NCBI RefSeq assembly: GCF_022045235.1
Contig: NW_027266265.1
Location: 47,430,001 to 47,494,000 of the forward strand
DNA from: Haliotis cracherodii
Lineage: Eukaryota
Reading direction: 5' to 3'
Length of the DNA stretch: 64,000 bases
Shown here piece by piece: positions 11,383 to 22,650 of the stretch; the first letter of the stretch is position 1; every line of letters begins with the position of its first letter. The notes beneath the pieces are model-generated. The model did no database searches. It had not been told where the DNA came from and saw only the letters and a program-made list of their open reading frames with translations. Position numbers and translations under genes: made by a program.

Positions 11383-13255
11383 TATTATTATTATTATGAT
11401 GATGATGATGATGATGATGTTCAGGTTGAAATAAAAAATGCAGTAAAGAGGGTTTGGGTGATCCTGGCACGGTCAGCCTGGTAAGGCATCATCAGCTCAG
11501 GGCCCTTGCCCCTTCTACACGCAGCCCAGACACCGAATGGGACTTCTCCCAGGAAGCGCTGCCTAGTTGAACCCTCCCAGAACTTTTCGGAGAATGTGAA
11601 GACACCCCAACACTGCAGCCTTCTGCATTACCGAGATTGTCAGAAGGGCTGTATTCCTGGCAGCAAACCCGGGTACTCTCCCAATGTCAGTCAACAGATT
11701 GGGAGGTACCAAACCTGAGGCACCGAGAACAATGGGGAGTAGGCCAACTTGGTACTTAGGATGCAAGCGTGACATTTCAAAAGCGAAGTCCGCATATTTG
11801 CCATGTTTTTCCTGAATCTTGTCAATCACATTAGTGTCAAATTCAATAATATAAATGTTTTCATTGGAATTATACAAAAGGACAAGGTCAGGCTTGTTGG
11901 CCTGGATACGTCTGAGGCTGTATACGGGACTATTTATCATTTTCCATGACACCGTCTTCATATTCTGGGTCGTACCATGGATTGACCTCTGCGTCAAAAC
12001 CACAAGCATGGCGAAGACGTCGCTTAAGATACTGTGTTTCAACGGTTAGAAAGCTGGGCATCCACTGACAATGTGTTGGACAGTCTCATTAAATTCATTA
12101 CATATTCTACATTTCATATTCACATTTTAATTCAAAATCACACATTGACGGTTTCGAGTGGGAAGTGACTGGTCCTGAGCAGCAAACAGAAAACCTTCCT
12201 GTTTCACTTTTCAGGCCAGCCGACCTCATTCAATGCCAAGGACATTTCAGGCTTGCAAACCTTTCTCAACACATTGCACATACACCCGATGCAGTGGTCG
12301 TTCAGATAGCCTCTCCTTGAAAGTCTGAGTCTGGGCCGATTTGATATGGCACTTCACTTGGTTGACACTCATTTCTGTACCGTCCAGCAGTACAGAATCA
12401 ACAACAAAATCAACACCGTCATTGAGATTATGTTCCACATCCTTGCCTCGTTTAAGAAAACTGGGGAATGCCTTGTTTTCATCATGAGTCTTGACATGCT
12501 TCACAAGAGGATCATCAGACAAATAAATATGTACAAAAGTGCACAAAACAATTCTATCATGAAGAGCCCCAACGTTAATCAAACCACGTCCTCCTATAAC
12601 GATTGGTAAATATAAGCGATTGAGGGAAGAGCGAGGGTGGTGCGATCTATTGTCTGACATGATTCTGCGTGTGTGGATGTCAATACCCTGAATTTCTTGA
12701 TTCGTCCAATCAACAACACCAAATCAATATGAAAGGACGGGTACAGCATAAGTATTTGTGGTTTTAACTTTATTGCGAGCATTTAGCTCAGAACTCCACA
12801 GATTTTCTTAAGTCTACATTTGTACTCTGCCCGAAGTGTTTCCTTGACATGGGCATTCTGGAGTTCGTCCCTAATCTGCATCCCTAAGTACGTATAGAAT
12901 TGACCTTCCACGAGATGGTCAATAACTCCTCCAACTGACTAAGCCTCTCTCTTCTACCTTGCCAAGTTTCAGGTGAAGAATGTTGCATTTGTCGAGTCCA
13001 AAGGACATGCTGATGTCATTAGAAAAGGTGAGTGAGTGAGTATGGTTTTACGCCGCTTTTAGCAATATTCCAGCAATATCACGGCGGGGGACACCAGATA
13101 TGGGCTTCACACATTGTACCTATTTCGGGAATCGAACCCGGGTCTTCGGTGTTACGAGCGAACGCTTTAACCACTAGGCTACCCAACCGCCATCATTAGA
13201 AAAGGACTCGACAAGGCAAATCTTTTTTGTTAGTGTGGATCCTCCATTGGCATTC
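11383..13255 (-). mobile_element. 5'-truncated, decayed R4/Dong-clade non-LTR retrotransposon (RT C-terminus, CCHC knuckle, restriction-like endonuclease)
   Basis: Minus-strand fragments: FSNDISMSFGLDKC and YTYLG (RT), RLYLPIVIGGRGL, GFLFAAQDQSLPTRN, CRICNEFNETVQHIVSGCP (~12055-12117), ANKPDLVL..YIIEF, PIVLGASG, MQKAAVLGCLHILRKVL; stop at 11563; (CAT)n(AAT)n tail at 11383-11419. Contains frameshifts and a SINE insertion. Confidence 0.9.
13029..13191 (-). mobile_element. SINE family A inserted in the Dong-like RT
   Basis: Perfect 13-bp TSD tcattagaaaagg at 13016-13028 and 13193-13205. Confidence 0.93.
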
Positions 13256-13275
13256 TTTTTCTTTTTCTTCTTCTT

Positions 13276-13276
13276 A

Positions 13277-13330
<54 letters not shown>
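13276..13330. repeat. (ATT)n microsatellite (others: (ATG)n 19916-19975, (GAGT)n 21551-21575, (ATT)n 36499-36551, (TG)n 40675-40704, poly-C 61483-61520, (CT)n 63950-64000)
   Basis: Direct inspection. Confidence 0.97.
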
Positions 13331-13334
<4 letters not shown>

Positions 13335-13475
13335 TGCAAGTTAAGAACCATGCAGAGACCAAGTGGGGCGCTTGTTGTGACAGCAAATTATATATTTCAT
13401 CTGCAGGCATTACCTATCAAAATTAATTTGAGGTACAATTTTCTTACACACCTGTGGGCGAGTAACCCATTGGAG
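13335..13475 (-). repeat. Family H repeat ending in an (AAT)n tract; second copy at 19250-19381 (+)
   Basis: ataatttgctgtcaca..cttggtctctg.atggt.cttaac shared in opposite orientations. Confidence 0.7.
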
Positions 13476-13539
13476 GTAACCGTTATCAAACATCATAGTG
13501 GAATTGTGTTAATTTTTTCATGCTAATACTTTTTTATGG

Positions 13540-13724
13540 AAATTGTGTGGGGTGGGTGATACCGGAAGGACACGCCTGCCCTTTTCGCGAACACCTGGTG
13601 TCATCTCTGATTTTTAGTGATTCATATTTGATATAATTTTCACCGTTATTTTGCCTTTTACACACAATGGAATCTATTTCGTCGGATAATCGAGACTGGT
13701 TATTCTCTGGCGTTGACGTTATAT
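13540..13724 (-). repeat. Family E unclassified dispersed repeat (other copies 31521-31668, 34147-34310, 57400-57760, 60448-60565, partial 24510-24600)
   Basis: Shared aacgtcaacgccagagaataaccagtctcgattatc...gatgacaccaggtgttcgcgaaaagg. Confidence 0.75.
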
Positions 13725-13917
13725 TTTTGTTTGTTTGTATGACAGTACCGACTGTCTATCACCTTAAACATATACAGATCAAGTGGTCCATTATTGGAAG
13801 CGCGTCATGGTGAATGTGCTCACGTGAGGCACTGTCTTCATCAGCTGATGAACGTCATCATGATCAGGTATGGGCATATCCGTACATTGGATGGACTGAT
13901 CAATAATACAGATGTTT

Positions 13918-14162
13918 TTTTGTTTTCGCACTCCGCGATTTTCCAGCTGTATGACGGTGGTCTGTAAATAATCGAGTCTGGACAAGACAATCCACTGATT
14001 GACATGAGCATCGACCCACGCAATGGGGATACGATGACATGCATCAACCAAGCCAGCGAGCCTGACCACACCATCCCGTTAGTCACCCCTTACGACAAGC
14101 ATAGTCTCTAATGACAAGCATGGGTTGCTGAAGACCTATTCTAACTCGGATCTTCACGGGTC
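13918..14162 (-). mobile_element. Family B element, full length
   Basis: 5' end GACCCGTGAAGATCC; consensus body. Confidence 0.9.
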
Positions 14163-14400
14163 ACGCCTCTGACGTGGTCATTTGGTATGGTCGTGAGGGA
14201 ACAATATATTATCATAAATAAAAATACAACACACCATAAAAATCTGCGTGGATAATTAATCTAGAAAGACATACACATATTATACCCCAGTCATAGCCGT
14301 GAATCCCGAAGATGTAGATATCTCCTGATCTGGTATACGCCTTTATTCATCTTTGTTGTTCCCGCTAATCCAAATATGCCTCACACGTGGGCAGGACACG

Positions 14401-14417
14401 AGGTCAATGTCAGGTCA
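14401..14417 (+). promoter_or_regulatory. Perfect DR5 nuclear-receptor element AGGTCA-atgtc-AGGTCA (candidate)
   Basis: Exact consensus, with extra half-sites at 14427 and 14450; function untested. Confidence 0.35.
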
Positions 14418-15507
14418 CGTGGGACGGGGTCATAGATAACCCGTATGTCAGGTCATTTCAGATCAGCAGTAAATGATTTACCTTCTGTGAGGTTCAAGAA
14501 AGAGAGTGGTTGTCGCAGCCCTCAACAAGGGCATCAAAGTGACATGAATTATTGAAATTTGAAAGGGAAGTAATTAATTTAGGGACAGAACTTGTCGTGA
14601 GGCTCAATCAGGAACAAAATAAGTTGAATGGCTGTTTTTAAATGTCCCGTGACAACCGAGCAGAAATGGCTATAGAAGAACCCTTTGAGTAATGGATAGT
14701 TGAATAGAAATATATTTCACGGATTTGGAAGCACCGACATTAATTCTAAACATATGGCTGTTAAGATATCAAGGGTGTTTGTATTTAATTGCCAAACCGC
14801 ATTAGACAAAGAAGCTGTAATATATCATTTGGCAATCAGGTGCTTGAGCAGATAATTAGGAGAATTATAACAAGCACCGGTGACAGGTTTGCAAGGCAAG
14901 GTGTGGGGTTCCGTAGACCGTAACGCTGTAAGGAGTTTTATTATGAATATGGCCACTGGTGCATATAAATAAAACCGACAAAACAGTAATTTTCCTTTTA
15001 ATTTATAACTTGGATTTGAATAATGTCTTTAGACAGGCCCTTTTCTCTGTGTATGGAAATAGTTTAATATGTATTTAAATTCCTGTAAATATCGTGTTCT
15101 TTGTTGTCATATTGTGTTTTTTTCAGAAGCGCATGACTAAGATCTGTACTTAACATGTACGTGTGTTTAATTGGGCTGAAGACCTAGACCATATGCTTTC
15201 TGGAGGATTTTAGTTTTATAAGCTTCCAATTCAAATTTTGTCCAGAAGTGTATGTGTCCTTTAAACAAGTTGTGATGAAGTGTCTGGTTGTTAAATCCGC
15301 ACTGGAGATGTAAAACAGACTGAGCTTTGTATCTGATCCAAATAGGCATTTATGGTTTGAGTCACAGATATTCTATAGAATCAGTGTACATTCATGCACT
15401 CTGGAATGAACATAAACCCCTCAGTCTAGCCAACGGAAATCTGGTTATATGCATTGTTCCGGACAAGAGGAGTACCAAAAATGTTGCCACTGTGCCGATA
15501 AAAATTC

Positions 15508-15822
15508 TCCTTGGACAATAAAATCATATCCTTGGACAATAAAGTCATATCCTTGGACAATAATGTCATATCCTTGGACAATATAGTCATATCCTTAGAC
15601 AATAAAGTGATATTCTTTGGGCAACAAAGGCATATCTTTGGACAATAAAGTGATATCCTTGGACAATAAAGTCATATCCTTGGACAATAAAGTCATACCC
15701 TTGGGCAACAAAGTCATATCCTTAGACAACAGAGTGATATCCTTGGGTAATATAGTCATATCCTTGGACAATAAAGTGATATCCTTGGACAACAGAGTCA
15801 TATCCTTGGGCAATAGAGTCAC
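15508..15822. repeat. 21-bp minisatellite (~15 copies)
   Basis: tccttggacaataaagtcata. Confidence 0.95.
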
Positions 15823-15879
15823 ATCTTCTTACACGTTGTATCAAATTTGATGGAGTTAACGAGGTTATATTGCATCTAA

Positions 15880-16107
15880 ACTGCCGGGCAATAAAAAGTA
15901 TTCATATGAAAATTAGATTACAAAAGATTACAAACGTTAACAAATGGTTACTAGGCTGAAAGCAGTCGCCGAAAGGCTGTAAACCTAGGGTCCAAAACAC
16001 AGCCCTGATTCCCGTATCAAATACACCACCCTCGAATAACCATTTCTTGCTTGTTTCATATATATCCACCATCAAACATGGCTGTATAATTTCTTTTGCT
16101 CGACAGT
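15880..16107 (+). mobile_element. Family F Tc1/mariner-like MITE (~230 bp)
   Basis: Imperfect TIRs actgccgggcaataaaag / cttttgctcgacagt followed by TA; homologous to the other F copies. Confidence 0.75.
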
Positions 16108-16669
16108 ATATATACAGATATGTCGGTATATGGTCTCTGGTTTGAATATGTCTATGTATTCTATGATGTATGTGCATCTACGAATATTTCATACGAAATC
16201 AGGGTTGCAGCATTCAAGGCCTGAGTCAAGCTTTAAGCGTAATGGTAGACGTGTGGAGGACAGTTCAATATCAAGGACCACAATGATGTCGGATGCAGTT
16301 CCCTACTTTGACTTACCATATTGGGTGCCATATTTTGCCGTGCTTTCTGGTGAACAATTGACTTGCCTGTGCATGTGTTTGCGATAGATGCCACCGGTGG
16401 GGCAGGATACACTCACCTTTTACACCTGGTATCATTACCTTTTGATAGTGATTCATAAACATTATTATGCTTATGATATATTGTACATTTATTTATTGTG
16501 ATTATTGAAAGGGCTTTATTTACGTGTAAATCACCATGACAACAGCTCGGTGGGACTATATAGATTCCCATTCTTTCCTCAGTTTCGATATATGTATAAA
16601 ACAGAACATTGACAGTTTAATCGAGTGTAATAATGTAATATCAGGTACCATTATTCCTGAAGGGCACGA

Positions 16670-16830
16670 GTGAGTGAGTATGGTTTTACGCCTCTTTTAG
16701 CAATATTCCAGCAAAATCACGGCGGGGGACACCAGAAATGGGCTTCACACATTGTACCCATGTCGGGAATCGAACCCGGGTCTTCGGCTAGACGAGCGAA
16801 TGCTTTAACCACTAGGCTACCCAACCGACC
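16670..16830 (-). mobile_element. SINE family A
   Basis: TSD ctgaaggRcacga at 16657-16669 and 16834-16846. Confidence 0.92.
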
Positions 16831-17224
16831 AAACTGAAGGACACGAAAGACTTCAACAAAATCAATGGTAATGAAAATATTCTTGTTACAATTGACCATA
16901 TAATACTACCAGAATTTGCATTGGTGATTTGAACAGCCTAAAGATTTCCCCATAGGGAATTTATCTCGTATTCCGTGTCACGTATTTTTTGTTCAGTAAC
17001 AAATGTCCATTTTTTTATTTCAACGTTTGACAGATTCTGAGAGGGTTTGCTTTTACAACACTTTAAACAGACAGGATAAACACATAATATACAGGTTATA
17101 GGTCCCACTTAATGTGTCCGCAAGGGGAACTAAACTCAGACTTTATGGATGATGATTAAACACGCCAATCACCGTGCCCCCTCATCGACTCGGGCCTTAA
17201 CTCAGAACAGATGAAGGTATTGTC

Positions 17225-17803
17225 TTGTGTCAATATACGTTTGGGTATTGGTGGTCAGTGGTATTGTTGCGTCAATATGTCCGTGGGTATTGGTGGCCAG
17301 CGGTATTGTGTCAATATGTCCGTAGGTATTGGTGGCCAGCGGTATTGTGTCAATATGTCTTTGGGTATTGGTGATCAGTGGTATTGTTGTGTGAATATGT
17401 CCGTGGGTATTGGTGGCCAGCGGTATTGTTGTGTGAATATGTCCGTGGGTATTGGTGGCCAGCGGTATTGTTGTGGGAATATGTCCGTGGGTATTGGTGG
17501 CCAGCGGTATTGTTGTGTGAATATGTCCGTGGGTATTGGTGGCCAGCGGTATTGTTGTGTCAATATGTCCGTGGGTATTGTTGGCCAGCGGTATTGTTGT
17601 GTCAATATGTCTGTGTGTATTGGTGATCAGTGGTATTGTGTCAATATGTCTGTGTATATTGGTGCCAAGTGGTATTGTGTCAATATGTCTGTGTGTATTG
17701 GTGATCAGTGGTATTATGTCAATATGTCCGTGGGTATTGGTGCAAAGTGGTATTATGTCAATATGTCCGTGGGTATTGGTGATCAGTGGTATTGTGTCAA
17801 TAT
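17225..17803. repeat. 33/36-bp minisatellite (~17 copies)
   Basis: tgtcaatatgtccgtgggtattggtggccagcggtat(tgt). Confidence 0.95.
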
Positions 17804-17970
17804 GCATGCGATATCCGATATGAGTCTCCCAATATGCGATATCCGGATCCGATATGAGATTCCCAACATGCGATATCCGATATGAGTCTCCCAACATGCG
17901 ATATCCGATATGAGTCTCCCAATATGCGATATCCGATATGAGTCTCCCAACATGCGATATCCGATATCCG
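17804..17970. repeat. 28-bp minisatellite (~5-6 copies) abutting the previous array
   Basis: catgcgatatccgatatgagtctcccaa. Confidence 0.93.
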
Positions 17971-19381
17971 ACAATGAGACATCAAACCTGAGTGAAATCA
18001 GCCCCACACTGTTACTGGTTTTGTTTGTTTGTTGTCCGGTGACAGGTCAACACCAGACGTATTCAAAGTGTACAGCAAATTGCTTAAAGCCCCTCCCTCA
18101 GCACAAATAGCCCGCAAGGTGACGGTGTTTCAGTTTCCAACAATAGCTAGCAACGTAAACGCTGTAACCAGAAGCTAAGGTGCGTCTTAATAAGAAAGAA
18201 TTAAGGTTTGAAAATACACAATTAACACGCTTTCTTTAAATATACGTTTATAGAAAGCAAATCTAAAATGTAAGTAAAACCCGCTCTAAATACCAATTAC
18301 ATACGTGAAGAGAGTTTTTTTTATCTGGGATTCTTTATCAGCTTGCACGTGCAGCACATTCACGCACATGCGCAGTAAATCAAACACGTGAGAATTCTAC
18401 AGCCGTATCTGACACTTATGACAAGTGATAGCACGCTGAACGAAAACAGTATTCTCCTGCCCCCCACTTTGATTTGATTGGATAATGCGCCCTCTTCCTG
18501 TCCACATTTACACTAGAAAGAAGAATCTCGTGTCTGTATGTTTTTCAGTTATCATTTGCCATGTTTTGTCCCCGGGCATATTGAGAGAATCGGTTCAGTT
18601 TACCGTTGCCTGCTTGGCCTCTTGTTGTCACTGTAAACAAGGACGGGAGGGGGCGGAGAGGGATGCAGGGGGACGCAGGGGGACCGAGGGGGGTGCTAAC
18701 GGCAGGTGGAATGTCAAGGAACCAACACGGATGTGGAATAATTATGCGTTGAATGAATTAAAAATTACATATTCTCGTTCGTGTAATAGAAGTAATAACT
18801 TTTACGGTTAAATCTTGTTAGCGCGAACTTCGGTCTATCTCCATTTAGGTTTTAAGTCTTAGATACTTTTTGAAACAACGAGTTGAAAGATAAATGGTAT
18901 GTAGAGACATGAGTGCAGCAATCTGTTTCTAAAATCACTCCAGTTTCGTATCGAATTGATGCATATTTTGTCTATTCTCGTGATCGCAGTGGCGCATTAA
19001 TACATAACACAAGGATAATGAATGACGTCACTCGGCTTACTGCTAACTACTTATACCTGGTGTGACCTTCCACAATAAAAGTCAACACTTTGTTTGATTA
19101 TAAAGCCGAGTTAAAACACAAGAAACTTATCATTGACTTACAATCAGGAAAGTAGTCCTGTCATCATCTGACCTCAGGCCATCAACGTGGAATAGCCAAT
19201 CACGGGCCTGGAATTCGATCTCACATATATGTTTGATACCAGTTATCTTAAATAGGTTACTCACCCACATGTGTGTAAGAAGATTGTATCTCAAATGAAT
19301 TTTAATTGGTATTGCCTGCATATGAAATACATAATTTGCTGTCACAGCACACGCGTCCCCTTGGTCTCTGTATGGTGCTTA

Positions 19382-19662
19382 GGGGGCACGGGTGGCCCAG
19401 TCGTCTAAGGCGCCGCGATTCGCTGTGCAGAGCTGCGTCCTTGGATACGCCAGAAACCTATGATTGCGGGTTCGAATCCCGGTTCGCCCCAATTATGTTT
19501 CTAGGTTTGTCAGCACCATACCCGTGTTCGTGGGTTTCACCGAAGTGGTAAACGCCTGAGACCTGCATCACTTCCGGCTTTCCTCCCACATTAAGCTGAC
19601 AGCCGCGATATAACTGGAATACTGTTAAAAGCGGCGTTAAACCCAACTCACTCACTCACTCA
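19382..19662 (+). mobile_element. Family D SINE: long tRNA-Leu-like head, V-domain-like core, shared tail
   Basis: tggcccagtcgtctaaggcgcc A-box region, gggttcgaatccc B box, tccggctttcctcccaca (V-SINE-like); perfect 14-bp TSD ctgtatggtgctta at 19368-19381 and 19663-19676. Confidence 0.88.
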
Positions 19663-19678
19663 CTGTATGGTGCTTAAC

Positions 19679-19907
19679 NNNNNNNNNNNNNNNNNNNNNN
19701 NNNNNNNNNNNNNNNNNNNNNNNNNNNNNNNNNNNNNNNNNNNNNNNNNNNNNNNNNNNNNNNNNNNNNNNNNNNNNNNNNNNNNNNNNNNNNNNNNNNN
19801 NNNNNNNNNNNNNNNNNNNNNNNNNNNNNNNNNNNNNNNNNNNNNNNNNNNNNNNNNNNNNNNNNNNNNNNNNNNNNNNNNNNNNNNNNNNNNNNNNNNN
19901 NNNNNNN
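19679..19907. other. Assembly gap (N run); further gaps at 55342-55505 and 56129-56343
   Basis: N characters. Confidence 1.
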
Positions 19908-19914
19908 CTACTAC

Positions 19915-19975
<61 letters not shown>

Positions 19976-21279
19976 CAATAAATAAATAAATAAATAGTTG
20001 CTGGTGTTATTGTATTGTATACACCCATATAAGTATTGAATTTATTTGCCCAATGTGGAAACGATTCTAGTGAAGTCCGCGAAGCCATCCGGCTGTGTTA
20101 ACTACCCTACATGTGTCAGGCCGTCTCTTGTTTACTTGCTAATTGTGTTATCATCTGAACTTCGTCTTTGATATCTAACACCCCGAGCTATCTACAAACG
20201 ATTCTGATTTCTTTATGTCAGTCGATTAACGTATAGCTTTCTTAATTCGCCGGAAGGGGGCGTTCATTAGCAAGTATTTTTGTGCGGAGCTGTCCTTTGT
20301 TCGCCCTACTTCCGGTAAGTTAGGATATAGTGTATGTCGCGAAACGTAATTGGGTTTGAAAAGATGATTTTTTTCTTGCCATATCTTAGACATCTTAGAG
20401 GCGATAGCGGGTTCTGAAATATCCTCTTGAAATTTAGATGTTTTCTGTCTATAGACAAATTTACTTACGGTGATAAAAAAGGCTTCGTGGGGGGTGTACG
20501 ACTGTATGGCTAACAGGTCTAGCTTTTTAGGAGCAGTGGGAGATAATTTATTTTTATGGTTTAGGGGAGGCTCTATCTGAAACTCGCGTGGAAACACTTT
20601 TCGTCATGTGTTATAGATTAACCCCTTTAGTGAAACATTGCTCCTAATGTCGACACTCCAACAGTATATTGAGTAACAAATAAAAGCACTTCCTTTCAAT
20701 TTAGCTGACGGGGAAAGAGTTGCGATAAGATCGCCCATCGCGCTAAAAGTATCGCAAATTTACTATCGTTATACAGGCTGATGGGGGGGAGATTTCTATG
20801 TATCGGAAATGACGGTAAAATATGAAAACAGATGCGTTTTCTCAGTATAGCAGTGGGAGTGAGGCCCGGATATGCTTTAGGTGAAACGATTTTCGCTTTT
20901 TTCCAAATGTTTGACTCTTGAAAGTGTTGAGATTTAAAATTAACTTTGTCAACACAAATAACGTCTGTATCCTGTGTTTCCACCTCTTCTAATTGATACC
21001 AAACAGTCTAAGCCCGGGAAGTGCTTAAGCAAACGTTCTACGGGTGGCATGCTGGCCAAACCTTCAACTGACAACTCAAATCTACATTGCAATTGGCAAT
21101 GAACAAAATCAAATGGTTCTTCGGTAGTAGCAGTGTCTGAGAGAAAGTTTTAAAAATTACACACTACTGATCGTGCATGACTACGTCACTTCAGAATCCC
21201 AGCTATTCAGTTAGTGTTGCTCAATATATACACACGTATTTTGAAATTAAGACTGTAACGTTTTGATAGTCGTTAAGTA

Positions 21280-21373
21280 ACACCTCGTTAATCCGGACAA
21301 CACCATTCACGGGTTTCGAGTAAGGGTTTGTGTTTGTAACAATGTAGTGCGGATTAACGGGGGTTGCACTGTA
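21280..21373. mobile_element. Tigger-like MITE remnant (related remnants near 7443-7620, 33703, 37925-38065, 61428-61451)
   Basis: cctcgttaatccg ... cggattaacggggttgcactgta. Confidence 0.55.
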
Positions 21374-21775
21374 GATAACACTTGTTGGTGCCTTGGTAGA
21401 TATTTACTTTCTATCACGGCGAAAATGTTGAACAAAAGTAAAAGGGACTTGCCAAATGGTGGTTTAAATATTAAGGGAGGAACCGAGATTGCAATTAAAT
21501 AATTTCATTTGTCCCTTAATGTAGCAAATGGTTCATACCATCATGTCTCGTGAGTGAGTGAGTGAGTGAGTGAGTGTAACTTCGCTGTGTACAGTTATAT
21601 CCCAATGCGTCAGCTTGATGTGCGAGGAAAGCCAGAAGTGTTGCAGGTCTCTGACTCACTTCTGAACAAATAACTGTTACTATATAATATTATATAGATC
21701 AATAGTACGACTCATATGCATTGTAAAACAATTCAGCTATGTGTTATAAACACAATATTGCCTCTAATCACTCTA

Positions 21776-22650
21776 GTCATGTAAATATCGTCGCTTGTCA
21801 AGTAAATAATATCGTCACTTGTCATGCAAACAATCTCATCACTTATCATGCAAACGATCTCATCAAGTGTCGTAAAAACAATCTCATCAAGTGTCGTGTA
21901 AACAATCTCATCAGGTGTAATGTAAACAATATCATCACGTGTCGTGTAAACAATATCATCACTTGTCATGCAAACAATTTCATCACGTGTCGTGAAAACA
22001 ATCTCATCAAGTGTCATGTAAACAATTTCATCACGTGTCGTGTAAACAATCTCATCAAGTGTCGTGTAAACAATCGCATCACGTGTCGTGTAAACAATCG
22101 CATCACGTGTCGTGTAAACAATCTCATCATGTGTCGTGTAAACAATCTCATCACGTGTCATGTAAACAATCTCATCAAGTGTCGTGTAAACAATCTCATC
22201 AAGTGTCGTGTAAACAATCTCATCACGTGTCATGTAAACAATCTCATCACGTGTAATGTAAACAATCTCATCATGTGTCGTGTAAACAATCTCATCAAGT
22301 GTCGTGTAAACAATCTCATCAAGTGTCGTGTAAACAATCTCTTCACGTGTCGTGTAAACAATCTCATCATGTGTCGTGTAAGCAATCTCATCATGTGTCA
22401 TGTAAACAATCTCATCACGTGTCGTGTAAACAATATCATCACTTGTCGTGCAAACAATCGCATCACGTGTCGTGTAAACAATCTCATCTCGTATAGTATA
22501 AACAATCTCATCACGTGTCATGTAAACAATCTCATCAAGTGTCATGTAAACAATCTCATCAAGTGTCATGTAAACAATCTCATCACGTGTCGTGTAAACA
22601 ATCTCATCACGTGTCATGTAAACAAGCTCGCTATGTATCACATAAACAGT
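21776..22650. repeat. 24-bp minisatellite (~36 copies)
   Basis: tgtaaacaatctcatcaMgtgtcR. Confidence 0.96.

Noticed and set aside
15595-17897. Repetitive ORFs (LDNKVIS, TNTHGHIDT)
   Set aside because: Translations of the 21-bp and 33/36-bp minisatellites.
18330-18720. Possible promoter (CCAAT, GC box, G-rich tract)
   Set aside because: Short common motifs with no linked exon; insufficient support.
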